Shown piece after piece: positions 1 to 9,201 of a DNA stretch of 64,000 nt. Made by a program: the position numbers and the translations under genes. The notes under the pieces were generated by a model. The model did no database searches and was not told where the DNA came from. It saw only the letters and a list, made by a program, of their open reading frames with translations. Every line of letters begins with the position of its first letter. Within the stretch, counting starts at the first letter, position 1. The DNA is from an uncultured delta proteobacterium (GTDB taxonomy: Bacteria; Myxococcota_A; Polyangia; Haliangiales; Haliangiaceae): contig CAWKDB010000010.1 of assembly GCA_963848295.1 (NCBI GenBank), positions 4,640,001-4,704,000 on the forward strand. Direction: 5' to 3'.

Positions 1-2
1 TG

Positions 3-1526
3 GTCGTGGCGGTTGCCGGTCGCGCGATCGCCTCACCGAAGAACGCGGCGTCCGAGATCGTACCCGGATCGGCGCCGTTCGGCGTCGTGCGCATCGATCC
101 GCCAGCGACCGCGGACACCGTGTCGCCGTACATCTATCTCAACCGGTGCACCGGCGGCTGCACGGTCACCGGGACCGGCGGCGGCGGCGGGAACGACGCG
201 ACCGCACAGCCGATCTTGTCGAGCATCCCGGCGACCGGCACGTACACCGTCGGCGAGTATGCCGCGGCGACTGGCCAGTGCTCGATGACCACGTCGATGG
301 CGTGCACCGGGGTCGGTCAATGCCCGGGCACCGAGACGTGCGTGCAGACCGGCGCGGTCGCCGATGCCGAGTGGGCGCAGGTCGTCCAGTGCGTCAAGGA
401 GGTGTACTCGCCGTTCGCGGTGACCGTCACCGATCAACGGCCAACGGTCTCGTCGTTCACCGAGGCGATCGTTGCGGGGCAGCCCGGAGACGTCGGCCTC
501 GATACCGACTTTCTCGGCGTGGCACCGTCGGCGTGCGTCGCGCACAACAACCTGCCGGTGTTCGCGTTCGCGAACCACCACCCGGCAATGGACCGCGTCA
601 ACAACATCTGCTGGACCGCGGCGCAGGAGACCGCGCACGCCTTCGGGCTCGACCACGAATACAGCTTCGTCAGCGCGTATCCGGAGAATCAGAACTCGGC
701 GTGCATGGATCCGATGACCTATCGCGTCGATTGCGGCGGCGAGAAGTTCTTCCGCAACGCGCTCGCGAACGACGGCCGCTACTCGACGACCGACTACAGC
801 TGCTCGTTCTCGCAACAGAACTCGCATCAACAGCTGCTCGACGTGCTCGGCGCGGGCACGCCGATCACGGCGCCGCCGACCGTCGCGATCACCTATCCGA
901 CCACCGACGCGGTGCCGCATGAAGTCGTATCGACCGCGAGCGCTCAGCGCGGCATCTTCGCGGTGGAGCTGTGGCTCAACGGGTTCCGCTGGAACTCGGT
1001 GCCGGGCGGGCCCTTCGGTCCCGAAGGGCAGACCTCGGAGTCGTATACGAATCCATGGCCGAACGGCGTCCCGAACGGCTACGTCGACATCGTCACGAAG
1101 GCCTACGATGACATCGGCGTCGAGACCGACTCGGCGATGATCACGGTGCTGCAAGGAGCGCCGTGTCAAGATGCCTCGACCGACTGCGCTACGGGGCAGA
1201 TGTGCGCGAACGGGCGTTGCTTCTGGAACCCGCCGACCGGCGAGCTCGGCGACGGGTGCACGTATCCGCAGGAGTGCGTCAGCGACGTTTGTCAGGGCGC
1301 CACCGGGGATGAGAAGTGCACGACGCAGTGCGACCCGACGAAGGACAACGTCTGTCCGACCGGCTACGAATGTATCGCAGCGAGCGCGACGGTCGGCTTC
1401 TGCTTCGTCGGAACCCCGGGCGGATGCTGTAGTGCAGCGCACGGTGGTGATGGCTGGGTACCCGCGGGCTTCGCGATCGCGATGTTCGGACTCGTCGGCC
1501 GACGCCGTCGTCGTCGCGAGACGTGA
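3..1526 (+). CDS. Secreted Cys-rich metzincin-like protein with Ig-like domain and MYXO-CTERM-like anchor (5' end probably outside window)
   Basis: QETAHAFGLDH (HExxHxxGxxH-like) with downstream CMDPM Met-turn. Ig-like segment, Cys repeats, C-terminal GGCC + hydrophobic helix + RRRRRR. Frame is open to the window edge. Confidence 0.75.
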   Translation, partial: VVAVAGRAIASPKNAASEIVPGSAPFGVVRIDPPATADTVSPYIYLNRCTGGCTVTGTGGGGGNDATAQPILSSIPATGTYTVGEYAAATGQCSMTTSMACTGVGQCPGTETCVQTGAVADAEWAQVVQCVKEVYSPFAVTVTDQRPTVSSFTEAIVAGQPGDVGLDTDFLGVAPSACVAHNNLPVFAFANHHPAMDRVNNICWTAAQETAHAFGLDHEYSFVSAYPENQNSACMDPMTYRVDCGGEKFFRNALANDGRYSTTDYSCSFSQQNSHQQLLDVLGAGTPITAPPTVAITYPTTDAVPHEVVSTASAQRGIFAVELWLNGFRWNSVPGGPFGPEGQTSESYTNPWPNGVPNGYVDIVTKAYDDIGVETDSAMITVLQGAPCQDASTDCATGQMCANGRCFWNPPTGELGDGCTYPQECVSDVCQGATGDEKCTTQCDPTKDNVCPTGYECIAASATVGFCFVGTPGGCCSAAHGGDGWVPAGFAIAMFGLVGRRRRRRET

Positions 1527-1571
1527 CAAATCCTGCTGACCGAGCGGCACCACTTGTAGTATCTCGCAGCT

Positions 1572-3119
1572 ATGTCGCGTTCGTTCACGTGGATCATCGC
1601 GGCCGCGCTCGCGGTCGGCAGCACCGCCGCAGCCGCTCCGTACTATTCGATCAGCCCGGGCCCGCGCGCGGTGCAGCTCATTCCGCCGCCGGCGACGCCC
1701 GCCGAGGTGTCGCCGTTCATCTACCTGAACCGCTGCACCGGCGGCTGCACGATCACCGGCAGCCTGACCGACAACAGCGCTCGCGACAACATCTCGAGCA
1801 TCCCCGGTGCGACCGGCACGTTCACGCTCGGCGAGTACGCCACCGCGAACGGCCAGTGCTCGGTGACGACGACCACGGCGTGCAACGGGACGCCCGGCCA
1901 ATGCCCCGATACCGAGACCTGCGTGCAGACCGGCGCGGTCGCCGATGCCGAGTGGGCGCAGCTCGTGAAGTGCGTGCAAGAGGTCTACTCGCCGTTCGCG
2001 GTCACGGTCAGTGACTCGAAGCCGCCGGGCGGCCAGACGTATACCGAGGCGCTCGTCGCCGGGGTTCCGAGCGACGTCGGCTTGCCGGACAGCATCCTCG
2101 GCGTCTCGCCGTCGGCTTGCCAGCCGGTCGACAACCTGCCGGTGTACGCGTTCGCGAACCATCACGGCGACGTCGATCGGGTCAACAACATCTGCTGGAC
2201 CGCGGCCCAAGAGACCGCGCACGCGTTCGGCCTCGACCACGAGTACAGCTTCATCAGCGCGTATCCGGCAAACGACAACTCGGCGTGCATGGATCCGATG
2301 ACCTACCGCGTCGATTGCGGCGGCGAGAAGTTCTTCCGCAACGCGGTCGCGAACGACGGCCGCTATTCGACGACGGACTACAGCTGCTCGTTCGCGCAAC
2401 AGGACTCGCACACCCAGCTGCTCAACGTGCTCGGCCCGGGCACGCCGATCACCGCGCCGCCGACCGTGGCGGTGACGTTCCCGGCCGCGGGCCTGGCGAG
2501 CGCGCCGGCTGAAGTCGTCGCGACCGCCGCTGCGCAGCGCGGGGTGTTCAACGTCGACCTCTACCTCAACGGCTTCAAGTGGGGCACCGTCCCCGGCGCG
2601 GCGTTCGGCAACGAAGGTCAGCCCCAGAGCCAGTACACGATGATGTGGCCCTCGGGCGTGCCGAACGGCGTCATCGACATCGTCGCGAAGGCGTACGACG
2701 ACCTCGGGACCGAGACCGACTCGGCGCCGGTGACGATCACCGTCGGCCAGCCGTGCCAGGACGCGGCGACCGACTGCGCGCTCGGCCAGACCTGCTCGAC
2801 CGGCCGGTGCTCGTGGCCGCCGCCGAGCGGTCAGCTCGGCGACTCGTGCACGTATCCGCAGTTCTGCACGAGCCTCGAGTGCGAAGGCCCGGCGGGCGCG
2901 CAGACCTGCACGACCGATTGCGATCCGCGCGTGATGGACGGCTGCGAGACCGGCTACGACTGCGTCGCTGCGAGCGACACCGCCGGCTTCTGCTTGAAGT
3001 CGGACGGCGGCGGCGGCGGTTGCTGCAGCGCCGCGCACGGCGGCGGCAACGGCGACCTGTGGGTCCCGGGCGGCCTCGGGCTGCTCGTGCTCGGCCTCGT
3101 GTTCCGCAAGCGCAAGTAG
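1572..3119 (+). CDS. Tandem paralog of the upstream metzincin-like MYXO-CTERM protein
   Basis: Signal peptide MSRSFTWIIAAALAVGSTAAA, same QETAHAFGLDH motif, GGGGGCCS-TM-RKRK tail, long near-identical blocks shared with 3..1526. Confidence 0.8.
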   Translation: MSRSFTWIIAAALAVGSTAAAAPYYSISPGPRAVQLIPPPATPAEVSPFIYLNRCTGGCTITGSLTDNSARDNISSIPGATGTFTLGEYATANGQCSVTTTTACNGTPGQCPDTETCVQTGAVADAEWAQLVKCVQEVYSPFAVTVSDSKPPGGQTYTEALVAGVPSDVGLPDSILGVSPSACQPVDNLPVYAFANHHGDVDRVNNICWTAAQETAHAFGLDHEYSFISAYPANDNSACMDPMTYRVDCGGEKFFRNAVANDGRYSTTDYSCSFAQQDSHTQLLNVLGPGTPITAPPTVAVTFPAAGLASAPAEVVATAAAQRGVFNVDLYLNGFKWGTVPGAAFGNEGQPQSQYTMMWPSGVPNGVIDIVAKAYDDLGTETDSAPVTITVGQPCQDAATDCALGQTCSTGRCSWPPPSGQLGDSCTYPQFCTSLECEGPAGAQTCTTDCDPRVMDGCETGYDCVAASDTAGFCLKSDGGGGGCCSAAHGGGNGDLWVPGGLGLLVLGLVFRKRK

Positions 3120-3154
3120 CGCAAGCCGGCGCGATCCCGGAGTACGATACGGCG

Positions 3155-3505
3155 ATGATCCGCAGCTCTCTCGCCGGTGCCGCCCTCGCGGTCGCGCTGC
3201 TCGCCAAGCCGGTGATCGCCGATACGACGCCGGGCACCGCGATCGCCCAGCTCATGGTGCTCGAGCCCGGCGATTCCAGCTATCGGCTGTTCCACGGCGC
3301 GGTGTGGCTCGACGCCGACAAGGCGAGCTGGAATTACCGCTGGGGCGGCGCGCAGTGCAAGGGCCGCGAGGTGTCCGACAACAGCGTGCAGCTGTTGTTC
3401 GCCGCGTTTCGCAACGGCGATAACGTGAGCTTCGAGTACGTCGTGACCGACTACAAGGGCAAGCAGTACCGCTGCCTCACCGGCTTCACGATCTCGAAGG
3501 CCTAG
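3155..3505 (+). CDS. Small secreted hypothetical protein
   Basis: Signal peptide MIRSSLAGAALAVALLAKPVIA, two Cys, TACGAT 6 nt before ATG; 3' part of ORF 2579..3505. Confidence 0.7.
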   Translation: MIRSSLAGAALAVALLAKPVIADTTPGTAIAQLMVLEPGDSSYRLFHGAVWLDADKASWNYRWGGAQCKGREVSDNSVQLLFAAFRNGDNVSFEYVVTDYKGKQYRCLTGFTISKA

Positions 3506-4185
3506 GTCTTCGGGCCGGGCTTGATCTGGTTCGGGCCGATCAGATCGTGCGCCGCCTTCGCGCACTTCGCGATCAGATCGTTGTCGACGTTGCTCGGACC
3601 GCCGCCCGCTTGCAGGATGCACTTGGTATCGTCGTCGAACATCTTGAAGTTCTTGACGTCGTCGACGCCGGTCGCGACGATCTGGATGCACGCCGGGAAG
3701 CCCATCGACTCGTCGAGGTGGAGCGTCTTGTCGGCCTTGCACTTCTCGCGGAACCTGTCGGCGTCTTCGAGCGTCCAGCAGTACGCCGAGATCCGGCAGA
3801 TCTCGTCGCCGTTCATCACGCCGAGCCGGCCGACCGTCTTGAGCTGAGCTTGCTGCTCCGCTTCGGTCGGGCGCTTGCCGCCGCGCATGATCGAGCACGA
3901 ACCGGCTGCGTCGGGCTCGGTCTTCGACTCGACGATCGTGACCGGGTCCTTCTCGCCGAGCGCTTGCTGGACCAGCGTGGGGTCGAGCAGCGTGGTGCAC
4001 GGCACGTGACCGTGACCCGGCACCGGCGGCGACACCGCCTTCGCGGCGGTCGTGTCGGTCGCCGCGGCCTTCTGCTCTTTCTCCGCGAGCTTTCGAGACT
4101 CCTCGATCGCCGCCTGGTCGTTGCCGCACGCGCCGACAACAAGGGCGACGACGAGGCTCATCATGACAATACGCGAGCGCATCAC
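3502..4185 (-). CDS. Hypothetical lipoprotein
   Basis: Lipobox LVVGAC, several Cys, typical codon usage. Confidence 0.75.
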   Translation of the reverse strand: MMRSRIVMMSLVVALVVGACGNDQAAIEESRKLAEKEQKAAATDTTAAKAVSPPVPGHGHVPCTTLLDPTLVQQALGEKDPVTIVESKTEPDAAGSCSIMRGGKRPTEAEQQAQLKTVGRLGVMNGDEICRISAYCWTLEDADRFREKCKADKTLHLDESMGFPACIQIVATGVDDVKNFKMFDDDTKCILQAGGGPSNVDNDLIAKCAKAAHDLIGPNQIKPGPKT

Positions 4186-4246
4186 GGCGCGAACGCTAAC
4201 ACGACTCGGCGGTCCGTCACCGCGTATACTGCCGCGACTCCAACCC

Positions 4247-4321
4247 GACCCCTTAGCTCAGTTGGATTAGAGCAAAGCTCTTCTAAAGCTTAGGCCGCTG
4301 GTTCGAACCCAGCAGGGGTCG
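4247..4321 (+). tRNA. tRNA-Arg(TCT)
   Basis: Acceptor GACCCCT/AGGGGTC, D-arm GCTC..GAGC, anticodon stem AAGCT/AGCTT with loop CT-TCT-AA, T-loop GGTTCGAACCC. CCA not encoded. TATACT -10 at 4225-4230. Confidence 0.95.
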
Positions 4322-4342
4322 CCCCGTGTCTATACTGCCGCC

Positions 4343-6613
4343 ATGCGCAGCACGTGGTTAGCTTGCACACTGGTCACGCTCACGGCGTGTCCGAGCATCA
4401 AGACCGATCCGGGCGAGGGCTCCGACCTGCCGGCGCTCGACGGACCGACCGTCGAGTTCGATCCGGCGAACGCGGTGATCCCGTTCCCGAACAACCTCGT
4501 CCTCGATCCGACGACGCACAAGGTCGCCCTTCCGGCGCAGGCGTGCGAGACGCCGGTCCAGACCGCGCTGCGGATGGGCACGCTCAACCAGCTCGACGGG
4601 TTCGGCACGTTCGAGGCCGGAGTACAGGTCACGTTCGCGAACGTCCCCGGTGCGAACGCCGAGCCCGATATGGCGACGTTCGCGAACCACATCGTGTTCT
4701 ACAAGATCGCGACCGGCGCGACCGCCGAGAACCCGGCCGGCGCGACCCAGGTGCCGTTCGTCGCGCAGAAGGCGACGACGTTGCGGTTCTCGGCGACCGA
4801 CTGCACGACGCCCGCGACGATCGACGCGGTCAATATCATCCCGATGGTGCCGCTCGACGAGCAGAGCACGTACGTCGTCGCGCTGCTCGACGGGGTCGCG
4901 ACGACCGACGCGGTGCCGTACCTACCGTCGTCGACCTGGGCGCTGATCCGCCAGGCGGTCGACCCGGTCACGGTCCAGGACGGGACGGTGATCGCCGAGC
5001 AGACGCCGCTCGATCCGAGCGACCCGGCTCAGCTCGCTCAGCTGATCGCGCTCGACGGCGTGTGGCAGCTCCACGCGCCGGCGCTGCAGTTCCTCGATCA
5101 GACCGGCGCCGTCACCGATCGTTCGCAGCTGCTCGTCGCCGCGACGTTCACGACCCAGACCACGACCGACCCGCTCGACCCGGGCGTCACCGGAAGTCTC
5201 GCCGCGGGCACGTCGGCGGCGCCGCCGTTGTTTCCACAGTCGGTCACCGGGGCCGCGACCGCTCCGCAGTTCATCCAGGCGGTGCTCGGCCAGCTCGGCG
5301 TCGCGGATCCGGCGACGTTCTGCGCGCAGATCGGGTGCGCGAACGTCGGCCAGGTCATGGGCGCAGGGATCGCATCGACGAACTACCAGGTGCTCGGCGC
5401 GAATCCACTCACCGGCGCCGCCGACGTGCCCGGTCAGTGGAGCGATCCGCTCAAGCCGTCGACCCAGGGCGCGACGATCTTGCAGACGTTGATCTTCGTC
5501 CCGAAAGGCACCGCGCCCGCCGGTGGCTGGCCCACCGTGGTGTTTGGCCACGGCCTCGGCTCGCAGAAAGAGAGCTTGTTCGTGTTCGCGCCGCAGCTCG
5601 CGACCCAAGGGTTCGCGTCGGTCGCGATCGACTTCGTCGACTCCGGTAGTCGCGCGGTGCGGATCACGAACGACCCGACGATCGGCTGCGCCGCGTCGTG
5701 CGCGATCGCGACGACGACCGCCTGCACGAGCGACGCAGACTGCACCGGCACCGGCGACTCGTGCGCGCCGTCGTACGCCCAGGCGATCCAGTGTTTCCAG
5801 CCGTTCCTGTCGACCGACCTCGGCGCCACGCGCGACACGATTCGCCAGACCGTGCTCGATCTTCAGCGGGTCGCAAAAGCGATCGGGTCGTGCGGGGCGA
5901 CCGGGTGTAACGGCACCGACGGCAGCTCGCTCCAGGTCGATCCCGCACACATCGTGTACGCCGGCATCTCGCTCGGCGGGATCATCGGCTCGACGACGAA
6001 CGCGGTCGATCCGATCTTCCAGTCGGCGGTGCTCAACGTGTCCGGCATGGGCCTGCTCGATATCCTCGAGAACACCCAGACCGAGGAGATCAGCTGCTCG
6101 CTCGTCGACGCGCTGATCGACGCCGGCATCCTCGTCGGCGACAAGTTCGATCCGGTCGCCGGCACCGGCCTGTGCACGTCGATGGCGTGGGAACAGCAGC
6201 CCGGCTATCAACAGTTCCGCTCGATCGCGCGCTGGGTGCTCGATCCCGCCGACGGCGCGAACTACGCGTCGAAGCTCGCGCTCAAGCGGTTCTTGCTGAT
6301 GGAGGTCGTCGGCGACATGGTCGTGCCGAACATCGCGACCGACGACGAAGGCGCGCTCACTGGCCTGACGCCGGCGGTCGCCGACGCGTGTGGAAACATC
6401 CCGTGCGCACCGTCGCTGGCGATCACGACCGACCCGCTGGCCACGAAGTGGGTGCGCTATCCGACGCTGCCTCCTGATGGCGCCAGCGGCTTCCCCGGCA
6501 ACACGTTCGTGCACGCATCGCTGCTCCAACCTGCCAACGGCGCCGCCGACGGCTTCCTCGGCACCGTGCGCGTCCAGACCGACGCGATCACCTTCCTCGT
6601 CGCCAACCACTGA
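4343..6613 (+). CDS. Lipoprotein lipase, alpha/beta hydrolase (Pla-1/cef extracellular lipase-like)
   Basis: Lipobox LTAC, N-terminal IPFPNN, GHGLG oxyanion motif, GISLGG nucleophile elbow, candidate Asp (GDMVVPN) and His (FVHASLL). Confidence 0.8.
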   Translation: MRSTWLACTLVTLTACPSIKTDPGEGSDLPALDGPTVEFDPANAVIPFPNNLVLDPTTHKVALPAQACETPVQTALRMGTLNQLDGFGTFEAGVQVTFANVPGANAEPDMATFANHIVFYKIATGATAENPAGATQVPFVAQKATTLRFSATDCTTPATIDAVNIIPMVPLDEQSTYVVALLDGVATTDAVPYLPSSTWALIRQAVDPVTVQDGTVIAEQTPLDPSDPAQLAQLIALDGVWQLHAPALQFLDQTGAVTDRSQLLVAATFTTQTTTDPLDPGVTGSLAAGTSAAPPLFPQSVTGAATAPQFIQAVLGQLGVADPATFCAQIGCANVGQVMGAGIASTNYQVLGANPLTGAADVPGQWSDPLKPSTQGATILQTLIFVPKGTAPAGGWPTVVFGHGLGSQKESLFVFAPQLATQGFASVAIDFVDSGSRAVRITNDPTIGCAASCAIATTTACTSDADCTGTGDSCAPSYAQAIQCFQPFLSTDLGATRDTIRQTVLDLQRVAKAIGSCGATGCNGTDGSSLQVDPAHIVYAGISLGGIIGSTTNAVDPIFQSAVLNVSGMGLLDILENTQTEEISCSLVDALIDAGILVGDKFDPVAGTGLCTSMAWEQQPGYQQFRSIARWVLDPADGANYASKLALKRFLLMEVVGDMVVPNIATDDEGALTGLTPAVADACGNIPCAPSLAITTDPLATKWVRYPTLPPDGASGFPGNTFVHASLLQPANGAADGFLGTVRVQTDAITFLVANH

Positions 6614-6625
6614 GCCAGGACGACC

Positions 6626-7870
6626 ATGCGCAAGCTAACTCTCCTCACGTCGTTCACGCTCTGCGGTCTCGCCACGACCGCGCTGGCCAACGGCTTCAAC
6701 CTCAACGAGTTCGACGGCAAGGCGACCGGTCGCGGTGACGCCGAAGCGGCGACCGACACCGACGCCTCGTCGATCTACTTCAACGTCGGTGGGCTCGCGG
6801 TCGATTCCGGCACCCAGGTCATGATCGGCGGCTCGCTGATCGCGCCGAGCGCGTCGTTCACCGACGCGACGACCGGCACGAAGACCGACTCGACCACGAG
6901 CCCCCAAGTCATCCCGGGCATCTTCGTCAGCTCGAAGCTGACCAAGCTCGTCGCGGTGGGCCTCGGGTTCTACACGCCGTTCGGGCTCGCGCTCTCCTGG
7001 CCGGCCGGCGCCGAAACCAACGACGTCGTCAGCAGCGAATCGCTGCGCTCGTACTTCATCACGCCGTCGGTCGGCCTCGATCTCGACAGCTACGTGCCGG
7101 GCTTGAGCGTCGGCGCGGGCGTCGATCTCGTACCGGCGACCGTCGAGCTCCATCAGGACATCGATTTCGGCACCGATCGCGGCAACGCGAGCCTCGGCGG
7201 TACCGCGTTCGGCGTCGGCGCGCGAGTCGGCGCGATGTATCGCCCGGCGAAGCTGCACCAGCTCTCGATCGGCGCGATGTGGCGGAGCGAGGTCAAAGAA
7301 GACTTCACCGGCACCGGCGACTTCAACGCGCCGCCGCCATATCGCGCGACGTTGCCCCCGGACGGCGACATCAAGACCTCGGTCACGCTGCCGCAGTCGG
7401 TGACGTTCGGCGCGGACTATGCGCCGACGCCGGCGTTCGATGTCGAAGCCGATCTCGTGTGGATGGGGTGGTCGACGTTCAAGTCGCTCGACATCATGAT
7501 GCCGACCCCGACCGGCGACATGACGATCTCGTCATCGCCGGAGAACTACAAGGACACGTTGACCGTGCGCGCCGGCGCCGAATACAAGTTCGCGAAGCAG
7601 GGCGCCGCGGTGCGCGCCGGGTTCATCTACGATCCGACGCCGGTCCCGGCGAGCACGCTCACCGTCCAGCTTCCCGACGTCGATCGCTACGATGTCACGG
7701 TCGGCGGCAGCATGCGGGTGTCGAGCTACGACATCCACCTCGGCTTGCTCTGGGTGCTGCCGACGAAGCGCACGACCGGCGCCGATCTCGACATGCCCGA
7801 GTACAAAGGCACGTTCGACATCCAAGCGTTCGTCGCGTCGCTGTCGCTCGCCGGTCGGTTCGGTCAGTAG
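6626..7870 (+). CDS. fadL: OmpP1/FadL family long-chain fatty acid outer-membrane transporter
   Basis: Signal peptide then NGFNLNE..GRG, DASSIYFN, YTPFGL, LPQS, and TVQLPDVDR (PD-x-R motif). Confidence 0.85.
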   Translation: MRKLTLLTSFTLCGLATTALANGFNLNEFDGKATGRGDAEAATDTDASSIYFNVGGLAVDSGTQVMIGGSLIAPSASFTDATTGTKTDSTTSPQVIPGIFVSSKLTKLVAVGLGFYTPFGLALSWPAGAETNDVVSSESLRSYFITPSVGLDLDSYVPGLSVGAGVDLVPATVELHQDIDFGTDRGNASLGGTAFGVGARVGAMYRPAKLHQLSIGAMWRSEVKEDFTGTGDFNAPPPYRATLPPDGDIKTSVTLPQSVTFGADYAPTPAFDVEADLVWMGWSTFKSLDIMMPTPTGDMTISSSPENYKDTLTVRAGAEYKFAKQGAAVRAGFIYDPTPVPASTLTVQLPDVDRYDVTVGGSMRVSSYDIHLGLLWVLPTKRTTGADLDMPEYKGTFDIQAFVASLSLAGRFGQ

Positions 7871-7883
7871 CGGGGATCCCGTC

Positions 7884-9131
7884 ATGGCGAAGGCGAGAGG
7901 CGAGGTGCTGCACGTCGCCGGTCGCGACGTGACGGTGTCGAACCCCGACAAGCTGTACTTTCCGAAGGCGGGTATCACGAAGCTACAGCTCGTCCGCTAC
8001 TACCTCGCGGTCCAAGACGGTGCGCTGCGCGGCGTCGCGCGCCGGCCGATGATCTTGAAGCGCTATGTCAACGGCGTCGAGGCCGAGCCGTTCTATCAGA
8101 AGCGCGCGCCCGACAAGCGGCCGGACTGGCTGCACACCGCGACGTTCACGTTTCCCTCGGGCCGCACCGCGGTCGAGCTCGTGGTCGACGACGCCGCCGC
8201 GTTGGTCTACGTCGTCAACCTCGGCTGCGTCGATCTCAACCCGCACGCGGTGCGCGCCGAAGACATGGATCGGCCCGACGAGTTTCGCATCGACCTCGAT
8301 CCGGTGCCCGGCGTCGGCTGGAAACAGATCGTCGAGGTCGCGCGGGTCGCGAACAGCGTGCTCGACGATCACGGCCTCGTCGGTTGGCCGAAGACCAGCG
8401 GTTCGCGCGGCGTGCACATCTGGGCGCGGATCGTGCCCGAGTGGCCGTTCACCGAGGTGCGCCGCGCCGCGCTCGCGTTCGCGCGCGAGGTCGAAGCGCG
8501 TGCTCCCGAGATCGCGACAAGTCTGTGGTGGAAGGAGCAACGTCACGGCGTGTTCCTCGACTACAACCAGAACGCGCGCGACCGCACGACGTGCAGCGCA
8601 TACTCGGTGCGCCCGACGCCCGACGCGCGCGTGTCGATGCCGCTGTCGTGGCCCGACTTCTTCGACTGCGATCCCGCCGCGTTCACGCTCCGCACCGTGC
8701 CCGCGATGTTCGCAGCACATGGCGACGCGCATGCCGAGATCGATCACCACGTCGGCCGGCTCGATGCGCTGCTCGCGCTCGCCGACCGCCAGGGCATGGG
8801 GGACGCGCCGCTGCCGCCGCACTACGCGAAGGGGGCCGACGAGCCGCCTCGCGTCGCGCCATCTCGCGCGCGTAAGCCGCTCCCCGTGATCACGATCGCA
8901 CGAGCGAAGCTCAAGGTCGATGCGCTCGCGGGCCTCGAGCGCTGGAAGGCGCGCCATCCCGCGATCGCGGCGCAGCTCCACGCGGCCGACGTGCTCGTCG
9001 ATACGAACCGCGGGCGCGCGACCGCGTGGTACCGCGTGCGGATCAACCTGCAGCACGTCCCGGCCTCCGAGCATCCGCCCGCGGAGCCACCCGATCCCGA
9101 CTACGACCCGAAGTCGGAGTACGGACTGTGA
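7884..9131 (+). CDS. Stand-alone LigD-type primase-polymerase (Prim-PolC-like) with C-terminal extension
   Basis: VSNPDKLYFP, ITKLQL, FYQKRAP, RIDLDP, KTSGSRGVH, FLDYNQNA and SAYSVR are AEP/LigD-Pol motifs. Confidence 0.9.
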   Translation: MAKARGEVLHVAGRDVTVSNPDKLYFPKAGITKLQLVRYYLAVQDGALRGVARRPMILKRYVNGVEAEPFYQKRAPDKRPDWLHTATFTFPSGRTAVELVVDDAAALVYVVNLGCVDLNPHAVRAEDMDRPDEFRIDLDPVPGVGWKQIVEVARVANSVLDDHGLVGWPKTSGSRGVHIWARIVPEWPFTEVRRAALAFAREVEARAPEIATSLWWKEQRHGVFLDYNQNARDRTTCSAYSVRPTPDARVSMPLSWPDFFDCDPAAFTLRTVPAMFAAHGDAHAEIDHHVGRLDALLALADRQGMGDAPLPPHYAKGADEPPRVAPSRARKPLPVITIARAKLKVDALAGLERWKARHPAIAAQLHAADVLVDTNRGRATAWYRVRINLQHVPASEHPPAEPPDPDYDPKSEYGL

Positions 9132-9201
9132 GGCGCTCTCCACGTATGCCAGCTTCGGCACGCGTCGCTCCGCGTATCGCGCCGCCGCGCGATCGATCCG
9201 G

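Noticed and set aside
33..3038. 1001-aa antisense ORF, and many other long overlapping Arg/Ala-rich ORFs
   Set aside because: These are shadow ORFs caused by high GC3 codon bias on the true coding strand, and they have no recognisable motifs.
4247..4345. Prophage or island integrated at tRNA-Arg(TCT)
   Set aside because: No integrase gene and no duplicated tRNA 3' end were seen, and the downstream genes have host-like composition.
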